Virus record (IMG/VR): IMGVR_UViG_2541047962_000003
Length of the DNA: 41,648 nt
From: a virus
Taxonomy: Duplodnaviria > Heunggongvirae > Uroviricota > Caudoviricetes
Direction: 5' to 3' (one strand)
This document shows positions 38,191-41,648 of the stretch, one piece after another. Position numbers and translations under genes: made by a program. Within the stretch, counting starts at the first letter, position 1. Each line of letters starts with the position of its first letter. The notes beneath the pieces were generated by a model. That model searched no databases. It was not told the origin of the DNA and worked only from the letters and a program-made list of their open reading frames with translations.

Positions 38191-39582
38191 ATGATAACTT
38201 TTAAACCACGTCCCTACCAAGATCTCATCATCAATCATCAAATCGAGACCCTGCGCGGCAACATCTGGGCAGGGATGGGGATGGGTAAAACCGTGGCAAC
38301 GCTCACTACGCTGGAAGATCTCTTTATGGCAGGGGCAGAAACACGCCCCGCACTGGTCCTCGCGCCGCTACGCGTTGCAGCAAGCACATGGCCGGATGAA
38401 GCGCTGAAATGGAAGCATCTGCGCAATATCGAGGTACAGCCGATTGTTGGTAATGTCAAAGCGCGCTCTACGGCGCTGGCGAACAGCAACGCAAGCGTGT
38501 TCACCATCAACTACGATAACCTTGTCTGGCTGGTTGAAGAATTGGGAGAACGATGGCCGTTCGGTACTGTCATTCCGGATGAAAGCACCCGGCTAAAATC
38601 CTTCCGGCTGCGAGGTGGTGGTAAGCGCGCGGCGGCGCTGGGCAAAGTGGCGCACAAGTATGTCCGGCGCTGGATAAATCTCACCGGTACGCCAGCACCG
38701 AACGGCCTGGTAGATTTGTGGGGACAATCGTGGTTTGTGGACCTGGGGCAACGTCTCGGGCGCACTTACGGCGCGTTTACCTCACGCTGGTTCAAATCGA
38801 TACAGTTTCCGGGGCAGAGCTGGACCAAACTGGAGCCTTTTGCTCACTCACAGGGTGAAATACAGCGAGCGTTAGCCGATGTGACCCTCTCGCTGGATGC
38901 GACCGACTGGTTCGATATCAAAGACCCCATCCATAACGTAATCCGCGTGGATATGCCGCCGAAGGCCCGTCAGCAGTATCGTGAAATGGAAAAGGAAATG
39001 TTCCTCGAGCTGAATGGCGAAGGCATAGAAGCACCGAACGCCGCGGCAAAGACACTGAAGTGTCTGCAAATCGCCAGCGGCGCAGTATACACAGATGACA
39101 CCGGAAGTTGGTCAGAACTGCATGACACCAAACTACAGGCGCTGGACAGCATACTGACCGAAGCAGCTGGCGCACCTGTGCTGGTTGCTTATCACTGGAA
39201 ACACGATCTTGAACGCTTGCTTAAAGCATTTCCTCGCGGTCGTCACCTCGACCAGGATCCACAGACACTACGTGACTGGAATTCCGGAAAGATTCCTGTT
39301 CTCTTTGCACACCCAGCCAGCGCGGGCCACGGTCTGAACATGCAGGACGGCGGAAACATACTGGTATTTTTCTCACATTGGTGGGACCTGGAGCAGTATC
39401 AGCAAATTATTGAACGTATCGGCCCAACCAGACAGATACAGGCCGGACACAATCGTCCGGTATTTATTCACCACATTATTGCTGCCGACACTATGGACGA
39501 AATGGTGATGGAGCGGCGCAACTCAAAACGAACAGTGCAGGACATCCTGCTCGATGCCATGAAAAAGAGAGGTATAGCATGA
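38191..39582 (+). CDS. SNF2-family helicase/ATPase
   Basis: ...GMGMGKT... Walker A and ...DESTRLK... motif II. Confidence 0.8.
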   Translation: MITFKPRPYQDLIINHQIETLRGNIWAGMGMGKTVATLTTLEDLFMAGAETRPALVLAPLRVAASTWPDEALKWKHLRNIEVQPIVGNVKARSTALANSNASVFTINYDNLVWLVEELGERWPFGTVIPDESTRLKSFRLRGGGKRAAALGKVAHKYVRRWINLTGTPAPNGLVDLWGQSWFVDLGQRLGRTYGAFTSRWFKSIQFPGQSWTKLEPFAHSQGEIQRALADVTLSLDATDWFDIKDPIHNVIRVDMPPKARQQYREMEKEMFLELNGEGIEAPNAAAKTLKCLQIASGAVYTDDTGSWSELHDTKLQALDSILTEAAGAPVLVAYHWKHDLERLLKAFPRGRHLDQDPQTLRDWNSGKIPVLFAHPASAGHGLNMQDGGNILVFFSHWWDLEQYQQIIERIGPTRQIQAGHNRPVFIHHIIAADTMDEMVMERRNSKRTVQDILLDAMKKRGIA

Positions 39583-39779
39583 GCGAGAAACCCGACGATT
39601 TACTCACCCCGGATGAAGTATGCCAAAAGTTAGGTATTACACAGAAAACGCTATGTGAGTGGAATATTAAGCATCGTCATCGGGCTATCCTGGCACCAAT
39701 TCGTTTCAGTGCAAAAGTAGTTCGTTATGAGCGCCGAAATGTCGACGCTTTTATTCAAAAATGTCGCAGCCAGTATTAA
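39579..39779 (+). CDS. Excisionase / AlpA-like helix-turn-helix protein
   Basis: 66 aa. ...LLTPDEVCQKLGITQKTLCEW... Converges on the integrase gene. Confidence 0.55.
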   Translation: MSEKPDDLLTPDEVCQKLGITQKTLCEWNIKHRHRAILAPIRFSAKVVRYERRNVDAFIQKCRSQY

Positions 39780-41173
39780 CCTCGCCGCCGTAGCAATGCC
39801 ACCTGCGCAAGTATGCTCCGCTCGTGAGCCTCGAAAGCTTCGCGCTTCAACGCAATCTCTTCCTGTAAAATCTCATCAGAAAAGTCGTAATGTTCTGCCA
39901 TCGGGTCATCTGACTTGCTGGAGTGGTGAAGGCAAAGGAGGCTGATTTCCCTTCGGTCTGAGCGGGAATAGCCTCTTTCCTTCATCAAGGCAATAACATT
40001 GCTCTTAAGGAATTTACGGCACATCGTATTAAATGCACCGTCTTTCCCTTTAACAGTCCCATCATGTTTTATTCCTTTTACAGCCCCGTCCGGGCTGTAT
40101 GTTTTCACCAGCTTATCCAGTGATCGTTTTGAAAATGGCTGCATTGGATCACGTGGCTGCAAAAATACATAATCCCTGTTGCACTCAGGAACTGAATCAC
40201 GCCAGGCTTTCTGCTCGTCGATAATCCGCCGGATCTCAGGCGTTATCGGCAGGCGGAAAGCCTTTTGTGTTTTCATAGCCCCTCGCATGCCGATAACCCC
40301 TTCCGGATAAACAATTTCACCAGCCTCCTCGTGAACGTAATCCCAGCGCAGGTTATGGACATTAATCGGACGAACACCAGTGATGATCATGAAGCGAACA
40401 GCATTCTTCTGGTGTACAGAGGTGCAGGCAGCAACATTGAGCCAGAGTCGGGCGATTGATTCAATATCGGTAAAAAGCCGTGTGGGGGTGGGTTTCTGTA
40501 CGCGGGAGGAAACATAATCATCTGGCAGACTGGCGGCAACATTGCGGCCATTGCAAAGAGTAGGTGCGCAGAACTTCCAGAACCGACGGAGCTCGGCAAA
40601 CAACTCCAGGGCGTTATTGTTCGAGCGAGTGGCGATCCACTCGTCCAGCACTTCCACCAGCCGATTGTATGTTACGTCGCTGAACACCTCGCGCTCGCCG
40701 AACGTGGCTTTAATCCGGTCGATACGCACCCCGTAGGTTGTGAAACTGTCCGGGCTCAGCTTCTGCCGGGCGACTTTGGCTTTGAGGTCATCCCGGTACA
40801 TTTCCAGCGCTGCATGTACGGACTCTGCCCGCAGGCCACCGTCAGCCATACCTAGCGCTTTTTCGCGCGCCAGCTGGATAGCGAGCTCCGGCCACTCGCC
40901 GAGCTTTTTACCCTTGAGGCCCATCTTTTTTGGAAACTCGGCGTAAAATGTAACCTTACCGGCTTTGCTGAAATCGATACGGAGATAGTTCTCTTTTTCG
41001 TATTTGGAACGGCGAGCCACGCCGGAAGCAGCGAGGATGATTTTGGCGGCAGCAACACAGATTTTCATGTGTGCGCTGGTATAGGGGGGTTTACAGGCGT
41101 CCCATTTTTCAGATGCGGCTAAAACATCGTCATTATTGGGGCTATCCGGATTATGTGTTACAGTGCGCGGCAT
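39776..41173 (-). CDS. Tyrosine site-specific integrase
   Basis: ...ITGVRPINVHNLRWDYV... box I and C-terminal ...LHHSS...EHY. ATG at 41173 preceded by AAGGA. Confidence 0.8.
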   Translation of the reverse strand: MPRTVTHNPDSPNNDDVLAASEKWDACKPPYTSAHMKICVAAAKIILAASGVARRSKYEKENYLRIDFSKAGKVTFYAEFPKKMGLKGKKLGEWPELAIQLAREKALGMADGGLRAESVHAALEMYRDDLKAKVARQKLSPDSFTTYGVRIDRIKATFGEREVFSDVTYNRLVEVLDEWIATRSNNNALELFAELRRFWKFCAPTLCNGRNVAASLPDDYVSSRVQKPTPTRLFTDIESIARLWLNVAACTSVHQKNAVRFMIITGVRPINVHNLRWDYVHEEAGEIVYPEGVIGMRGAMKTQKAFRLPITPEIRRIIDEQKAWRDSVPECNRDYVFLQPRDPMQPFSKRSLDKLVKTYSPDGAVKGIKHDGTVKGKDGAFNTMCRKFLKSNVIALMKERGYSRSDRREISLLCLHHSSKSDDPMAEHYDFSDEILQEEIALKREAFEAHERSILAQVALLRRRG

Positions 41174-41179
41174 TCTCAA

Positions 41180-41648
<469 letters not shown>

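Overview
This window is almost entirely one temperate prophage, all identified by reading the six-frame translations and the DNA by eye; no searches were run. It is a mosaic: a lambdoid immunity, antitermination and lysis module (CI/Cro, Q, holin, lambda-R-like lysozyme, Rz), a myovirus-type head and contractile-tail module, and an e14/Mu-like invertible tail-fibre switch whose invertase is truncated. The right end is an excisionase, a tyrosine integrase (39776-41173) and a complete host ferredoxin gene resembling E. coli yfhL (41388-41648). The left prophage boundary was not found and may lie outside the window. Nothing here can be called a confirmed new system from sequence alone. The strongest candidates for undescribed accessory or defence functions are: (1) an AT-rich orphan gene (568-1413) that replaces the 3' half of the invertase, at the slot where e14 carries mcrA; (2) a three-gene cassette with its own terminator inside the tail operon (7035-8277); (3) an extra gene between Q and the late/lysis region (25380-25721); (4) the region just downstream of cI (29610-30392); (5) two AT-rich genes inside the replication operon, one antisense to it and one codirectional (33211-34535); (6) a very AT-rich antisense polytopic membrane protein (37442-38167). 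A putative iteron-type replication origin (26300-26490) and a possible nucleotide-modification trio next to the polymerase are also noted.
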